From Alphaproteobacteria bacterium (GTDB taxonomy: Bacteria; Pseudomonadota; Alphaproteobacteria; MPNO01; UBA830), in the NCBI GenBank assembly GCA_965243135.1, contig OZ251539.1:4864001-4928000 (forward strand): 64,000 nucleotides of DNA. The letters run 5' to 3'. Positions 29,708 to 41,803 of this stretch are shown here, one piece after another; the first letter of the stretch is position 1; each line of letters opens with the position of its first letter. The notes beneath the pieces were generated by a model. It made no database searches. It was not told where the DNA came from and saw nothing but the letters and a program-made list of their open reading frames with translations. The position numbers and the translations under genes are program-made.

Positions 29708-30180
29708 TGGACCTTCACGATCCCAATCTCTGGGTCGCGGTCGGCTTCGTCATTCTCGTCGCCGGCGTCTGCCGGCCCGCCGGCAGAGCGTTCGCCGCCA
29801 TGCTCGACCGCCGAACCGAAGGGATACGGAAATCCCTGGACGAAGCCGCCGGCCTTCGCGAGGACGCGCAGCGCCTCCGAACCGAGTGCCAGCGCAAGCA
29901 GCGCGACGCGGCGAAGGAAACGGCGGCGATGATCGAAAGGGCTCGGGCGGATGCCGAGCGGCTCTCGAAGGAGGGCATGGCGAAGATCGACGAGTCCTTG
30001 AAACGGCGCGAACGGGCGGCGCTGGACAAGATCGCCCGGGCCGAAGACGAAGCGTTGCGCGAGGTCCGCGCAGCTTCGGTCGAGATCGCGCTGGCTGCCA
30101 CCCGCAACCTGATCGCTTCGCGCATGGACGAGTCGATGTCCGAAGCCATGATCGACGAAGCGATCGCCCGCTTGCGCTGA
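29707..30180 (+). CDS. atpF: F0 ATP synthase subunit b
   Basis: LWVAVGFVIL...LDRRTEGIRKSLDEA. Confidence 0.9.
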   Translation: MDLHDPNLWVAVGFVILVAGVCRPAGRAFAAMLDRRTEGIRKSLDEAAGLREDAQRLRTECQRKQRDAAKETAAMIERARADAERLSKEGMAKIDESLKRRERAALDKIARAEDEALREVRAASVEIALAATRNLIASRMDESMSEAMIDEAIARLR

Positions 30181-30186
30181 AGGCCG

Positions 30187-31668
30187 CTACGCCTCCTCCG
30201 GCGTCCAGCGCAACGTCGGACGGCGCGCCGCGGCGGTTTCGTCGAGGCGGCGGCGCGGCGCGCGGAAAGGCGCGGCCCGAAACGCCGCGGCGCCCTCCCG
30301 TCTGGCGCGCGCCGCGAGACGGGCTACGGCGTCCGCGAACCTGTCGAGGCTTTCGCGGCTTTCGGTTTCCGTCGGCTCGATCAACAGCGCGCCCCGAACC
30401 ACGAGCGGAAAGTACATGGTCATCGGGTGGAAGCCCTCGTCGATCAGCGCCTTCGCGAAATCCAGCGTGGTCACGCCGGTGCCGTCCAGGAAGCGGTCGT
30501 CGAACAGCGCCTCGTGCATGCACGGTCCCTCGAAAGACGGGCTCAACGCGCCGGACAGCCGCGCCATAAGGTAGTTGGCGTTGAGCACGGCGTCCTCCGA
30601 GACGCGGCGCAGCCCGTCCGAGCCGTGGCTCATCATGTAGGCGAGCGCGCGAACGAACATGCCCGTCTGGCCGTGAAACGCCTTCATGCGCGGCGCCTGT
30701 TCCCCGGCGCCGGCGCGTTCGGCCAGCCGGAAACCGTTTTCGTCGCGCACCACCCATGGAAGCGGCGCGAAGGGCGCAAGCTCCGCCGACAGCGCCACCG
30801 GCCCGCTGCCCGGCCCGCCGCCGCCATGCGGCGTCGAGAACGTCTTGTGCAGATTCAGATGCATGCAATCGACGCCGAAATCGCCGGGACGCACCCGCCC
30901 GACGATGGCGTTGAAGTTCGCGCCGTCGCAGTAGAAGAACGCGCCGGCGTCGCGCACCGCCGCGGCCTGTTCGAGAACCTCGTCCTCGAACAGGCCGCAA
31001 GTGTTCGGATTGGTCAGCATGAACGCGGCGACGTCGCCGTCCAGCGCGGCGCGCAGGGCCGAAAGGTCCACGCGTCCGCGGTCGTTGAGCGGAATCGCTT
31101 CGACCTCGTATCCGCAGGCGGCGGCGGTGGCGGGATTGGTGCCGTGCGCCGAATCCGGAACCAGAACGCGGCGGCGGGCGTCTCCGCGAGCCTCCAGCGC
31201 CGCCCGCACCGTCATCAGGCCGCAGAGTTCGCCGTGGGCGCCGGCCGCGGGCGACATGGCGACCGCCGGCATGCCGGTCAGCGTCGAGATCCAATGCGCG
31301 AGCGTGTCGATCAGCCGCAGCGCTCCCTGAACCGTGGAAACCGGTTGCAAGGGATGAACGTCGGCGAAGCCCGGCAATCGGGCCAGCTTTTCGTTAAGCC
31401 GCGGATTGTGCTTCATGGTGCACGACCCCAGCGGATAAAGTCCGGCGTCGATCGCGTAGTTGTTCCGGCTCAGCCGCGTGTAATGGCGGACGACCTGCGG
31501 CTCGGACAGACCCGGAAGGCCGATGGAGCCGGTTCTTTCCAATCCTCCCAACCGGCGATCGGCTTCCGGCGGAGGCGGTAAATCCACGCCGGCGCGGCCT
31601 GCGGCGCCCTGCTCGAAAATCAGCGGCTCCTCGACCCGCAAGGCGTCGCCGGTTCTCTCGTCCGTCAT
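30187..31668 (-). CDS. gcvPB: glycine dehydrogenase subunit 2
   Basis: [38 protein letters not shown]; start at ATG 31668. Confidence 0.96.
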   Translation of the reverse strand: MTDERTGDALRVEEPLIFEQGAAGRAGVDLPPPPEADRRLGGLERTGSIGLPGLSEPQVVRHYTRLSRNNYAIDAGLYPLGSCTMKHNPRLNEKLARLPGFADVHPLQPVSTVQGALRLIDTLAHWISTLTGMPAVAMSPAAGAHGELCGLMTVRAALEARGDARRRVLVPDSAHGTNPATAAACGYEVEAIPLNDRGRVDLSALRAALDGDVAAFMLTNPNTCGLFEDEVLEQAAAVRDAGAFFYCDGANFNAIVGRVRPGDFGVDCMHLNLHKTFSTPHGGGGPGSGPVALSAELAPFAPLPWVVRDENGFRLAERAGAGEQAPRMKAFHGQTGMFVRALAYMMSHGSDGLRRVSEDAVLNANYLMARLSGALSPSFEGPCMHEALFDDRFLDGTGVTTLDFAKALIDEGFHPMTMYFPLVVRGALLIEPTETESRESLDRFADAVARLAARARREGAAAFRAAPFRAPRRRLDETAAARRPTLRWTPEEA

Positions 31669-33005
31669 CGCAATGCCTCCGTAAGCGCCGCGCACAGCTT
31701 GTCGACGTCGTCGTCGGTGACCGTCTCCGTGGCGGCGACCAGCAGCAGCCTCCGGGCTTCCGGATGCCCGGGCAGCAGCCGCGACGCGGGAACGCCCGCA
31801 AGAACGCCCCGTTCGGCGAGCGCATCGACGACTTCCGCCGCGTCCGCCGGCAACTGGACGGTGACCTCGTTGAAGAACGCTTCGTTCAGAACCCGGACGC
31901 CCGGCAGTTGCGAAATGCGGTCGACGAGGCGAACCGTCTTCGCGTGGTTGATCGCGGCCAGCCTGCGGAAGCCGTCCTCCCCGAGCAGGGACAGGTGAAT
32001 CGAGAACGCGAGCGCGCACAGCCCGGAATTCGTGCAGATGTTGCTGGTCGCCTTTTCGCGCCTGATGTGCTGCTCCCGCGTCGACAACGTCAGGACCCAG
32101 CCGCGCCGCCCCTGGACGTCCGCGGTCTGGCCCGCGAGGCGCCCCGGCATCCGGCGGACGAAATTCGCGCGCGTGGCGAACAGGCCTACGCACGGTCCCC
32201 CGAAATTGAGCGGATTGCCGAGAGAGCGTCCCTCCGCGGCGACGACGTCCGCGCCCATCTGGCCGGGCGCGCGAAGCGCGCCGAGGGCGACGATCTCGGT
32301 GACGACCGCCACCAGCAACGCCCCCGCTTCGCGGCACGCTTCGGCAAGCGGCCGCAGGTCGCGTATTCGCCCGAACACGTCCGGATACTGAACGACGACG
32401 CAGGCGGTCTCGGGGCCGACGGAGACGCTCTCCGTCCCGTCGATGTCGGGCGGCAGCGTCTCGACCGATCCGTCGAGGTAGCGAAGCAGGGTGTCCGTCG
32501 TCTCGGCGTAATGCGGATGCAGCCCGCCGGACAGGAGAACGTCCGGCCGCCCGGTGATCCGCCGAGCCATCGCGGCCGCCTCCGCGCAGGCGGTCGCGCC
32601 GTCGTACATGGAGGCGTTGGCGACGTCCGCGCCGGCGATCATCGCCACCTGGGTCTGGAATTCGAAGAGATATTGCAGGGTGCCCTGCGAGATCTCCGGC
32701 TGATACGGCGTGTAGGAAGTCAGGAATTCCCCCCGCTGGATCAGGTGATCGACGGCCGCGGGGACGTGATGGCGATACGCGCCGGCGCCCAGGAAAAACG
32801 GCCCGCTGCCGGCATGGACGTTTTCGGCGGCCATGGCGGCGAGCGCCCGTTCCACCTCCAGCTCGCCTTGGCACGGGGGCAGCTCGACCGGCGAGTCGAG
32901 CCGAACGCTTTCCGGGACGTCGCGAAACAACCGGTCGACGGAAGGCTCGCCGACCGCCGCGAGCATGTCGCGGCGGTCGGCGTCGGTGAGCGGCAGATAG
33001 CGCAT
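31665..33005 (-). CDS. gcvPA: glycine dehydrogenase subunit 1
   Basis: [38 protein letters not shown]. Confidence 0.96.
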   Translation of the reverse strand: MRYLPLTDADRRDMLAAVGEPSVDRLFRDVPESVRLDSPVELPPCQGELEVERALAAMAAENVHAGSGPFFLGAGAYRHHVPAAVDHLIQRGEFLTSYTPYQPEISQGTLQYLFEFQTQVAMIAGADVANASMYDGATACAEAAAMARRITGRPDVLLSGGLHPHYAETTDTLLRYLDGSVETLPPDIDGTESVSVGPETACVVVQYPDVFGRIRDLRPLAEACREAGALLVAVVTEIVALGALRAPGQMGADVVAAEGRSLGNPLNFGGPCVGLFATRANFVRRMPGRLAGQTADVQGRRGWVLTLSTREQHIRREKATSNICTNSGLCALAFSIHLSLLGEDGFRRLAAINHAKTVRLVDRISQLPGVRVLNEAFFNEVTVQLPADAAEVVDALAERGVLAGVPASRLLPGHPEARRLLLVAATETVTDDDVDKLCAALTEALR

Positions 33006-33376
33006 CAACCGGCGACGAAGGCGCCGTAGGCCGCCTCGTCCATCAGTTCGTCCAACTCAGGGGGATTGCTCACGCGAATCTTCATGAACCAACCCTTGTC
33101 CACCGGCGACCGGTTGACCAGGGCCGGGTCGTCTTCGAGCGCGCCGTTCACTTCGACCACCTCGCCCGATACCGGCGCGTAGACCTCGCTCGCGGCCTTC
33201 ACCGACTCCACCACCGCCGCTTCCTCGTCGCGAACCACCGCCGCGCCGACTGCGGGAAGTTCGACGAACACCACGTCGCCAAGTTGGTCCTGGGCGAAGT
33301 CGCTGATGCCGACCGTGGCGATGTCGCCGTCGACCCGCACCCATTCGTGCTCCTTCGAGTATCTCAGCTCGCTCAT
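33005..33376 (-). CDS. gcvH: glycine cleavage system H protein
   Basis: [21 protein letters not shown] (lipoyl lysine). Confidence 0.96.
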   Translation of the reverse strand: MSELRYSKEHEWVRVDGDIATVGISDFAQDQLGDVVFVELPAVGAAVVRDEEAAVVESVKAASEVYAPVSGEVVEVNGALEDDPALVNRSPVDKGWFMKIRVSNPPELDELMDEAAYGAFVAG

Positions 33377-34488
33377 TTCGTCCTCCCGGCGCGATGGTAT
33401 CGGTGCGGCACGAAGGGCATCTGCCCCACCTTCGCAGGCCTCGGTTTCCCGCGAATCAGAAGCCGAACCGGCGTGCCCGGCGCCGCCGCTTCGGCATCGA
33501 CGTACCCCATGGCGATCGGGCCGCCGACGGACGGCCCGAAGCCCCCGGACGTGACCCTGCCGATCGGGCGATCCTTCGAGTCGACGATCTCCGTGCCTTC
33601 GCGGGCCGGCGCCCTGCCGTCGGGAACGAGGCCGACCCGCCGCCGCGACGGGCCGTCGCGGAGCTGCCCGAGGATGGCGTCGGCGCCGCGGAACCCGCCC
33701 TCCTCCCGGCGCCTGCGCGAGACGGTCCATGCAAGGCCCGCCTCGACCGGAGTGGTCGATTCGTCGATGTCGCGGCCATGCAGGCAGAGTCCGGCTTCCA
33801 GCCGCAGCGAATCCCGGGCGCCGAGTCCGGCGGGTTCGACTTCCTCCTCGGCAAGCAGCGCCTCCGCGATCCTGACGGCGTCTTCGGACGGAACGGAGAT
33901 TTCGTACCCGTCTTCGCCGGTATAGCCGGACCGCATGATCGCAAGCCGGCTGCCGTCGATCTCGGCCGGCAGCGCGCTCATGAACGGCATCGACGCGGCC
34001 TGAGGCGCGAAGCGCGCCATGACGCCCGGCGACGCGGGCCCCTGAAGCGCGATCAGGGATCTGTCTTCGAGCGGTTCCACCTGAACGCCGCCGACAGCGC
34101 GAAGGAGAGCGATATCCGCTTCCTTGCGCGCGGCGTTGACGACGGCGAAAAGATACTTGCCCACGTTGACGACGATCAGGTCGTCGAGAATTCCGCCTTC
34201 CTCGCCGGTCAACATCGTATAGCGCATGCGGCCCGGCGCCAGATCTCGAATGTCTCCGGGAACGAGAGCCTCCAGCGCTGCCGCGGGGTCGCTTCCGCGA
34301 AGCGCCACTTGGCCCATGTGAGAAACGTCGAACAGGGAAGCGGCGGCGCGGGTATGAAGGTGTTCGGCAAGAATGCCCGCGGGAAACCGGACCGGCAGCG
34401 CGTATCCGGCGAACGGAACCATCGCGCCGCCGCGTTCGACGTGCGCGCCGTGCAGCGCGGTTCGCTTCAGTGACTGGCTTCCGGAAAT
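33373..34488 (-). CDS. gcvT: glycine cleavage system T protein (start uncertain, possibly ATT)
   Basis: [35 protein letters not shown]. Confidence 0.95.
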   Translation of the reverse strand: MSGSQSLKRTALHGAHVERGGAMVPFAGYALPVRFPAGILAEHLHTRAAASLFDVSHMGQVALRGSDPAAALEALVPGDIRDLAPGRMRYTMLTGEEGGILDDLIVVNVGKYLFAVVNAARKEADIALLRAVGGVQVEPLEDRSLIALQGPASPGVMARFAPQAASMPFMSALPAEIDGSRLAIMRSGYTGEDGYEISVPSEDAVRIAEALLAEEEVEPAGLGARDSLRLEAGLCLHGRDIDESTTPVEAGLAWTVSRRRREEGGFRGADAILGQLRDGPSRRRVGLVPDGRAPAREGTEIVDSKDRPIGRVTSGGFGPSVGGPIAMGYVDAEAAAPGTPVRLLIRGKPRPAKVGQMPFVPHRYHRAGRTK

Positions 34489-34544
34489 GGCACGCCCTCC
34501 CCACGGGTAAGAGGCCTCACGCGATACCGCCTGAGACTGTCGTG

Positions 34545-34712
34545 CCCCCTCTGTCCGGAGACCTGAGAGATTCACCCTTTCGGGCTTACTCCTTCGGTGA
34601 GGCGCTGCCTGCTTTCCAGAGTCGCATCCCCCTGCGGTCCGTTCGCCTGAGAGTTTCCGGGGCGGTTGCTCCTTCGGCGGCGGCTTGCCCGCCTCTCCCG
34701 CAGGGTTCGTCT
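34545..34712 (-). ncRNA. tandem glycine riboswitch
   Basis: Two aptamers on minus: GGAGAG...GCCGAAGGAGCAA...AAACTCTCAGG and CTGGAAAG...ACCGAAGGAGTAA...ATCTCTCAGG, upstream of gcvT. Confidence 0.93.
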
Positions 34713-34809
34713 GCGCGGCCGCATTCCCGCGGCAGCGGGAACCTACCTGTTTGTTCGCATGTTACAGCAGACATCCGTCCGATCAAGTCGGTTGGCCGTC
34801 CCTGCGCCG

Positions 34810-35310
34810 TCATCTCCGGTTGAACGCGACCTCTTCGGGCGTAAGCTGCAACCCCAGCAGGATCAGCGTCGCGGGGCCGTCGTCGGGCTCGGCGAGCGGG
34901 ACGAATACCGCGACGTTGTCGCGGAAGGTCGCGGCGCCGTTTTCGAATCGCCCCTTCACCGGCAATATGCGCTTGCCGCCGGGCCGGGAGAGATGCGCGG
35001 GAACGGCGACGAAATACTCGAACGCCGCCTCGAGGTCCTCGTTTTCGGGGCCTCGCTCCACCGCGATCTCGACCAGCATCTCGACTTCGACGCCGTTATC
35101 GTCGTAGTCGCAGGAGCCGCGGAAATCCGCGATCCTCGCCTCGAAGGCGACGTTCTCGCGGCCGGAGCCCTCGGCAAATCGAACGAGCCTGCCCGCATCT
35201 CCGAGTATGAGCACTTCGGGGCAGGGAAGCTTCCGCTGCTCTCCGACCAGTTCGCACCCTGCGAGCGCCAACCCCGCGATCAGAACGGCCGCGCCTGCTT
35301 TCGGGCGCAT
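34810..35310 (-). CDS. hypothetical lipoprotein
   Basis: Lipobox LAGC; CPEVLILGDAGRL. Confidence 0.75.
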   Translation of the reverse strand: MRPKAGAAVLIAGLALAGCELVGEQRKLPCPEVLILGDAGRLVRFAEGSGRENVAFEARIADFRGSCDYDDNGVEVEMLVEIAVERGPENEDLEAAFEYFVAVPAHLSRPGGKRILPVKGRFENGAATFRDNVAVFVPLAEPDDGPATLILLGLQLTPEEVAFNRR

Positions 35311-35314
35311 GGCG

Positions 35315-35554
35315 TCAGACGTTCTTGTGGGAGCCGTCGCAAAGCGGCGCGGAACCGGTGCGCTTGCATCCGCAAAACCAGACCGTTTCCGCTTCGGCAG
35401 CGGCGTACTGCGCCGGACTTATGCCCGTTCCCTTGTGGGAACCGTCGCAAAACGGCTGGCTCCCGCTGCGCCCGCACGCGCACCACCAGTAGTCCTTGCC
35501 CGCTTCGACCTCGACGCCGAACGGAGATTTTTGCGCAACAACCGGTTCCGACAT
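35315..35554 (-). CDS. CDGSH iron-sulfur domain protein (two motifs)
   Basis: WCACGRSGSQPFCDGSH and FCGCKRTGSAPLCDGSH. Confidence 0.93.
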   Translation of the reverse strand: MSEPVVAQKSPFGVEVEAGKDYWWCACGRSGSQPFCDGSHKGTGISPAQYAAAEAETVWFCGCKRTGSAPLCDGSHKNV

Positions 35555-35925
35555 GTGGTCCTTCCCTTTCGATGCCGCGCCCTCGGGCGCACGGTTGCGC
35601 GAATGTATTCAAGGCGGCGCGTTCGGGCAAGCGGCGCTATCGTCAAGGGATCCGGCGGCGGGCGGACGAAAGGCCGGTTCTCGCCGGGGCCGCCGCTTCC
35701 CGCCCGACGCCCGCCGTGCGCCCGCCAAGGTTCTCCCGTCGGTCGACGGAAGCCCGGCCTCCGCAGGGAGTTCCGAATCCTGCGCCGCCGGTCTCCTTTC
35801 CCAAAGAATTCGGCCGGCGAAAGAGTCCGGGCGCCGTTCCGCGCGCGCCGAAGAATGCGATCGGTCGTTGTCGCCGTCGGACGATCCTCCTAAAATCGGG
35901 CGGCGATCGTCCGAACGAGGATGCA

Positions 35926-36138
35926 ATGACGGAACGACAGGAGCGGCCGGTTGCCGTCGGCGGAAGCGACGACCCTCATCTGGCCTTCCGGCGGCAACTC
36001 GCGGAAATTCTGGATCGGGCGGATCTCACCGAAGAGCAGCGCCAGAGGTTCCTGATCGCCGCCTCATGTCCGTGTTGCGGCGCCGGCGGGCTGTCGTTCA
36101 GTTTGCCGCTCAAATCCCGCGCCGGGCCGGGATTCTAG
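35926..36138 (+). CDS. small hypothetical protein with CPCC motif
   Basis: GAGG RBS; MTERQERP...ASCPCCGAGGLSFS, 70 aa. Confidence 0.55.
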   Translation: MTERQERPVAVGGSDDPHLAFRRQLAEILDRADLTEEQRQRFLIAASCPCCGAGGLSFSLPLKSRAGPGF

Positions 36139-36695
36139 CCTTCGGAAGCGCGAGAGTCGCCGCTCCCTTTCGAGAATGGTTTCGGCAACGGCGGCCCAAG
36201 CGACGAGATCGGCGCCGCAGTCTTCGGTGGCGGTTCAACGGTCGGCGGACGTTTGCGAACCATGCCGGCCGGTACCCGCGACGAACCTGCGCTCGACATC
36301 TCCGGAAGCGCCGGTCGGCGTGAAGCGGAGGCCGTACTCCGCGCGGACGACTTTCCGTTCCCCCTTCCGAAGCGCTATCCAGGCGATCCTCCGTCGTGGA
36401 GGCAGGGGCGGGTTGTCCGGCGAGTCGAGGCGCCGAACGTCGCGGGCCGGACGCTGGCGGCTGGGGCCCGGTCTCCGCACCGCGTTTCTCGCGCGCCCTC
36501 CCGCCGACGCCGGGGTTCCGAATGTCCGCTCCGAACTCCGCCGCCGGGCCAGCCTCCGCACCGCTCAGCCGGGCATCTTTCGAGCCGCTCCGAGGCTGCG
36601 CCTCGTTCCGCGCCTGCCGGGCGACGGTGGCCGCCAGTCGGCGGTCCATGCTATAGTGCGCGTCCTTCGCAGGCCGCCCGTGTCGGGAACGCTCC

Positions 36696-37634
36696 ATGAT
36701 CGCCCCTCCGATGAAAATCCTGCTGGCCGGACCGCGCAGCTTCTGCGCCGGCGTCGACCGAGCCATCAGGATCGTGGAACTCGCGCTCGAAAAGCACGGC
36801 GCTCCCATCTACGTCAGGCACGAGATCGTCCACAACCCGCATGTCGTGAAGGATCTCGAAGGCAAGGGCGCGGTGTTCGTCGATGAACTCGACGAGGCGC
36901 CGCCCGGCGTTCCGGTGGTCTTTTCCGCGCACGGCGTGCCCAAATCCGTCGTTGCGGACGCCGAACGACGCGGAATGCCTTATCTTGACGCGACCTGTCC
37001 CTTGGTCACCAAGGTGCATGTCGAAGCGGCGCGTCGCCGCAAGGAGGGCCGAAACGTCATCCTGATCGGACATGCGGGGCATCCGGAGGTCGTCGGCACG
37101 ATGGGACAGTTCGGCGAGGGCGAAACGATCCTCGTGGAGGACGCCGCGCAGGCCGAGACGGTCCAGGTTCCCGACCCCGGAAAGCTCGCGTACGTCACCC
37201 AAACCACGCTCTCGGTCGACGACACGGCGGAGATCGTCGCGGTTCTCCGGCGCCGTTTCCCGACGATCGCCGCCCCGCGCAAGGACGACATCTGCTACGC
37301 GACCACCAACCGGCAAGCCGCCGTCAAGGCGCTGGTCGGCGATTGCGACGCCATGGTCGTCCTCGGCGCCCGGAACTCGTCCAACTCCAACAGGCTGGTG
37401 GAGGTCGCGCGCTCGGCCGGCTGTCCGAAGGCGATCCTCGTTCGGGACGCCGCCGAAATCGAGGATGCATGGTTCGAGGGCGTCGGAACGCTCGGCGTCA
37501 CCGCGGGAGCGTCCGCGCCGGAAAGTCTCGTCCAGGATCTGATCGCGTCGCTGCGCGACCGCTACGACGTGACCGTCGAGGAACGGCGGGTCGCGGAAGA
37601 GGACATCGAATTCAGCCTGCCGCGGTCGCTCTGA
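36696..37634 (+). CDS. ispH: 4-hydroxy-3-methylbut-2-enyl diphosphate reductase
   Basis: [36 protein letters not shown]. Confidence 0.97.
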   Translation: MIAPPMKILLAGPRSFCAGVDRAIRIVELALEKHGAPIYVRHEIVHNPHVVKDLEGKGAVFVDELDEAPPGVPVVFSAHGVPKSVVADAERRGMPYLDATCPLVTKVHVEAARRRKEGRNVILIGHAGHPEVVGTMGQFGEGETILVEDAAQAETVQVPDPGKLAYVTQTTLSVDDTAEIVAVLRRRFPTIAAPRKDDICYATTNRQAAVKALVGDCDAMVVLGARNSSNSNRLVEVARSAGCPKAILVRDAAEIEDAWFEGVGTLGVTAGASAPESLVQDLIASLRDRYDVTVEERRVAEEDIEFSLPRSL

Positions 37635-37641
37635 GACAACG

Positions 37642-38580
37642 GTGGCGGTCTATACCGAAATCGACCGCGCGGCGCTCGACGAGTTCCTCGAGGGCTTTTC
37701 GATCGGCGCCGCCGTCCGCAGCTCCGGCATCGACGAAGGGATCGAGAACACCAACTACCTCCTGGAGACCGCTTCCGGCAAGTTCATCCTCACCCTGTTC
37801 GAGGCGCGCACGAAACGCCGCGACCTGCCTTACTTTCTGGCGCTGATGGAGCATTTGGCCGGACGCGGCGTTCCCTGTCCCTTGCCGGTGCCCGACCGGG
37901 CGGGCGAGACGCTCCACGCGCTGTGCGGACGGCCCGCCGCCGTTACGACCTTCCTCGACGGCGCCTGGCCGCGAAATCCCGCCGGCCGCCACTGCCGCGC
38001 CGCGGGCCGGGCGCTCGCGAATCTGCACCTCGCCGCAAGGGATTTCGGGATGCGCCGGGCCAACGACCTGTCCGTGACCGCGTGGCGGAGCATGTTCGGC
38101 CGGCTGGCGGACGCCGCCGACGAGCTGAAGCCCGGGCTGTCGGATTGGCTCTCGGACGAGATCGGCGCGCTGGAGAACGAATGGCCTTCCGGCCTGCCGT
38201 CGGGCGTCATTCACGGCGACCTCTTTCCGGACAACGTCTTCTTCGCCGGCGGCGAACTCTCCGGCCTGATCGATTTTTACTTCGCCTGCGAAGACTTTCT
38301 CGCCTACGATCTGGCGATTTGCCTCGACGCTTGGTGCTTCGACCGGCGCGGCGGATTCGACGCGGAAGCGGCGAACGCCCTGATCGAAGGCTACCGCGCC
38401 GGCCGCGAGCCGGAGCCGGGCGAGCTCGAAGCCCTGCCGACGCTCGCGCGCGGCGCCGCTGTCCGGTTCCTTCTGACGCGCCTCGACGATTGGCGCCGCG
38501 ACGGCGCCTGCCGCAAGGATCCCCTCGACTTCGTGCCGGTCGTCGAATTTCTCCGAAGCGCGCCGCGATTGACGCCGTGA
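37642..38580 (+). CDS. thrB: homoserine kinase type II
   Basis: [31 protein letters not shown]. Confidence 0.93.
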   Translation: MAVYTEIDRAALDEFLEGFSIGAAVRSSGIDEGIENTNYLLETASGKFILTLFEARTKRRDLPYFLALMEHLAGRGVPCPLPVPDRAGETLHALCGRPAAVTTFLDGAWPRNPAGRHCRAAGRALANLHLAARDFGMRRANDLSVTAWRSMFGRLADAADELKPGLSDWLSDEIGALENEWPSGLPSGVIHGDLFPDNVFFAGGELSGLIDFYFACEDFLAYDLAICLDAWCFDRRGGFDAEAANALIEGYRAGREPEPGELEALPTLARGAAVRFLLTRLDDWRRDGACRKDPLDFVPVVEFLRSAPRLTP

Positions 38581-39098
38581 GCGGAAAAAGACGCCGGGCG
38601 GGCGGGTCTTCCGGGACCGTCGTCAGGATATTCACCGACGGCGCCTGCCGCGGAAACCCCGGCCCCGGAGGCTGGGGCGCTCTTCTGCAATGGAAGGAGG
38701 CCGAACGCGAACTGACCGGCGGCGAACCGATGACCACCAACAACCGGATGGAACTGATGGCCGCCATCGCCGCGCTCGAAGCCCTCAAGCGGGGCGTCGA
38801 GGCGGAAATCTACACCGACAGCCAGTACGTCAAGAACGGCATCACGCAATGGATCGGCAACTGGAAGAAACGCGGATGGGTGAGCGCCGACAGGAAGCCG
38901 GTGAAGAACCAGGATCTTTGGCGGCGGCTCGACGACGCTCTGAAGCCGCACGCCGTCACCTGGCACTGGGTGAAGGGACACGCCGGCCACCCGGAAAACG
39001 AACGCGCCGACGGGCTCGCCCGCAAGGGACTCGAGAACGCGCAAGCCGCCGGCGAAGAAAAGGTCAGAGCTGGCCGAGGATCGTCCCTGCGTCGCTGA
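38577..39098 (+). CDS. rnhA: ribonuclease HI
   Basis: [39 protein letters not shown]. Confidence 0.96.
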   Translation: MSGKRRRAGGSSGTVVRIFTDGACRGNPGPGGWGALLQWKEAERELTGGEPMTTNNRMELMAAIAALEALKRGVEAEIYTDSQYVKNGITQWIGNWKKRGWVSADRKPVKNQDLWRRLDDALKPHAVTWHWVKGHAGHPENERADGLARKGLENAQAAGEEKVRAGRGSSLRR

Positions 39099-39549
39099 CC
39101 TCGAACGCGCCGCCTTCTTCGAGATTGATCCGGGTCACGGCGCCGTCGTCCACGATCATCGAATACCGCGACGACCGCACGCCGAGGCCGCGTTCGGTCA
39201 GATCGAGAACCGTTCCGAGCGCTTTGGTGAGCTCGGCGCTGCCGTCGGCCAGCATCTCGACCTTGCCGGCAGCGTTCTGATCCTTGCCCCAAGCGTCCAT
39301 CACGAACACGTCGTTGACCGAAAGGCACGCGACGGTGTCCGCGCCCTTCCCTTTGATCTCGTCGGCCTTCTCGACGAAGCCGGGAAGGTGCTTGGCGGAA
39401 CAGGTCGGCGTGAACGCGCCCGGCACGGCGAAAAGAACCACCTTCTTGCCGCCGAAAAGCTCCTCCGTCGTAACCTGCTCGGGACCGTCAGCGCCCATTC
39501 TCGTCAACTTGCCCGATGGAATCTTGTCTCCAACGCCGATCGCCATGAT
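39064..39549 (-). CDS. peroxiredoxin (Prx5 type)
   Basis: [24 protein letters not shown]. Confidence 0.93.
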   Translation of the reverse strand: MMAIGVGDKIPSGKLTRMGADGPEQVTTEELFGGKKVVLFAVPGAFTPTCSAKHLPGFVEKADEIKGKGADTVACLSVNDVFVMDAWGKDQNAAGKVEMLADGSAELTKALGTVLDLTERGLGVRSSRYSMIVDDGAVTRINLEEGGAFEVSDAGTILGQL

Positions 39550-39614
39550 GTTCTCCAAGTCTTGATGGGCCGCAGCCCGCGAAGCCGATCAAATAAACTA
39601 CTCGCCCCCGTTTG

Positions 39615-41708
39615 TCACCCCGAACCGTCCGGCGCGGACGGCATGCGCGCGGTTCCGCCGGCGCCGGCTCCGCCCGCTTCGTCGACCGCCTTCAGCACGG
39701 CGGATTCCGAAAGGATTTCGGGCAGGACGACGCCGCCGGGAGCCGCCGGACCGTAGACGACGTTGAAGGGAATCCCGAAACGGCCGAAGCTTTCGAGATA
39801 GGCGGCGATCCGGTCGTCGGGACTGGTCCAGTCGGCGCGCATCGCGACCACGCCGCCGCCGCCGAGCAACTCGGCGACCCGTCCTCGTTCGAGCACCAGG
39901 GACTTGTTGATCTGGCAGGTCAGGCACCAGTCGGCGGTGACGTCCACGAGAACGCTCCTTCCGGCGGCGACCTCGGTCCCGATCCGGGCTGCGTCGAACG
40001 GCCGCCACGGCGGCGCGTTCTTCGCGACCGAAGGCCCGTCGACCGGGAAGGCGCCCGCGCCGGCCATGGAAACCGCCGCGAGAAACGCCGCGGTCCCGCC
40101 CGCGGCCAACCGGGCCCTGCCGCCGAGCTCCCTGCATTGCCTGGTCGCGAAGGCCATGGCCCCCAACAGAAGCGCGACCATGACGGCGCCCGGTCCGCCG
40201 ATCTGGAACCACAGGACGCTGAGCAGCCAGGCCGCAGTGCCGATCAACGCGAACGACAAAACGCGTTTCACCGTCGCCATCCACGAACCCGGCTTCGGCA
40301 GATGCCTCACCAAGACCGGGAACGCCGCCACGAGGAGCCACGGCAAGGCGAGGCCGAAGCCGACCGCGAGGAATACGGCGTAGATCTCGAATACGCCGCG
40401 CGCCAGCGCGAACCCCACCGCGGTGCCGAGAAACGGGGCGGTGCAGGGCGTCGCCAGCAGCGTCGCGAAAGCGCCCGTCAGGAAGTGTCCCCGCAGGCTT
40501 CGTCCCGTATCCCCGGACGCCGCGTCGGCCACGGCTCCGGGCAGGCGGATCTCGAAGAAGCCCCACATGTTGCAGGCGAACAGGACGATCACCGCAGCCA
40601 TGAAGGTCACGAACACGGGTTGCTGGAACTGTATCCCCCAACCGGCCGCCAGACCGGCGGCCTTGAGGCCGGCGGCGACGGTCCCCAGAATCGCGAAGCA
40701 CGCGAGGATGCCGGCCGCCGAAGCGACGAACCCGGCGCGAATGCGGCCCCGCGACTCGCCGCCGTGATCGATCACGGTCATGAGCTTGAGGGAAAGAACG
40801 GGGAGCACGCAAGGCATGAGATTGAGAATCAGGCCGCCCAGCACGGCGAGGCCGAGAATCGCGAGCAAAAATCCCGGAGCTTGCGGCGACGCTCTCGGAA
40901 GCGTGACGCGGCGTTCGATCGCCCGGTCGCCGTCGACGAGAGTCAGGATGGCTTCCCGGCCTTCGAGGCGGGCGTTCCCGGGCGGCTGAACGTCCATCCG
41001 CATCGTCGCCGTCGCGCCGGTCGAATCGATCTCGGGCCGCCCGAAGCGAAATCCCGGCGGCCCTTCCACGAAGAGGTCCGGCTTCCCGAAGCCCCCTTCG
41101 GCGGACGCGACGACCGCGAAAGTCCGTCCCGCGATCTCTATCCGGTCTATGGAAAGCGGGCCGCCGTCCCCCGAACGCGGAACGCGGGCGCGCCACCGGT
41201 CGATCAGCGCCGCCTCCCGCGCGTCCGCGCCGGACGGCAGAGCGAGCGCCAGATCGGCTTCGTAAGGAACGCAGATGTCGTCGCAGGTGAGAAAGCGCAC
41301 GCGGGCGCGCAGCGCCATCTCCTTGCCGGGTTCGAACGGCGAGGCGGCTATCGGCAGAACGACCTCGTTCCTGTAGCCGAGCGTCTCGAGCCCCAGCACG
41401 GAGAACCGTTCGGGCGCCGGCCAGGCCATTTCGGCGCCGGCGAGATTGACGGAGCCGGCCCAGTTCGCCTGCGGCGGGAACCCGGCGTCGCCGGGCGACC
41501 TCCAATAGATTTTCCATCCCGGCTTCATGCGAAACTGAAGTCCGAGATCGACCTCGTCGCCTCCCGCCGCGCCGCCGACCAGGCGCACCGCGCCGTGTTC
41601 GTGGACGAACCAGGGGGACGCCGCGGCGAACGCGGAAGGCGCGCAGGTCGCGGCCAGCGCGAGGCACGCCAGACCCGAGAGAAACCGTTCGACGGAGGAC
41701 ATCGACAT
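39615..41708 (-). CDS. dsbD: protein-disulfide reductase DsbD family
   Basis: GWKIYWRSPGDAG, LNLMPCVLPVLSLK, LATPCTAPFLG, ADWCLTC. Confidence 0.9.
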   Translation of the reverse strand: MSMSSVERFLSGLACLALAATCAPSAFAAASPWFVHEHGAVRLVGGAAGGDEVDLGLQFRMKPGWKIYWRSPGDAGFPPQANWAGSVNLAGAEMAWPAPERFSVLGLETLGYRNEVVLPIAASPFEPGKEMALRARVRFLTCDDICVPYEADLALALPSGADAREAALIDRWRARVPRSGDGGPLSIDRIEIAGRTFAVVASAEGGFGKPDLFVEGPPGFRFGRPEIDSTGATATMRMDVQPPGNARLEGREAILTLVDGDRAIERRVTLPRASPQAPGFLLAILGLAVLGGLILNLMPCVLPVLSLKLMTVIDHGGESRGRIRAGFVASAAGILACFAILGTVAAGLKAAGLAAGWGIQFQQPVFVTFMAAVIVLFACNMWGFFEIRLPGAVADAASGDTGRSLRGHFLTGAFATLLATPCTAPFLGTAVGFALARGVFEIYAVFLAVGFGLALPWLLVAAFPVLVRHLPKPGSWMATVKRVLSFALIGTAAWLLSVLWFQIGGPGAVMVALLLGAMAFATRQCRELGGRARLAAGGTAAFLAAVSMAGAGAFPVDGPSVAKNAPPWRPFDAARIGTEVAAGRSVLVDVTADWCLTCQINKSLVLERGRVAELLGGGGVVAMRADWTSPDDRIAAYLESFGRFGIPFNVVYGPAAPGGVVLPEILSESAVLKAVDEAGGAGAGGTARMPSAPDGSG

Positions 41709-41803
41709 TCCGACTGCAATTCGGCATATAATATAGAGCTTGGAATCGGCCGGTACAGGCTGCCGGCCGTCGCGGCGAGCTCCGGACGCGAGGAACGGGA
41801 CAG

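Noticed and set aside
27893-30180. F0 genes without F1 genes
   Set aside because: A split atp operon is normal in Alphaproteobacteria
39064-39098. 35-bp convergent overlap of rnhA and peroxiredoxin
   Set aside because: Short tail overlaps are common in GC-rich genomes
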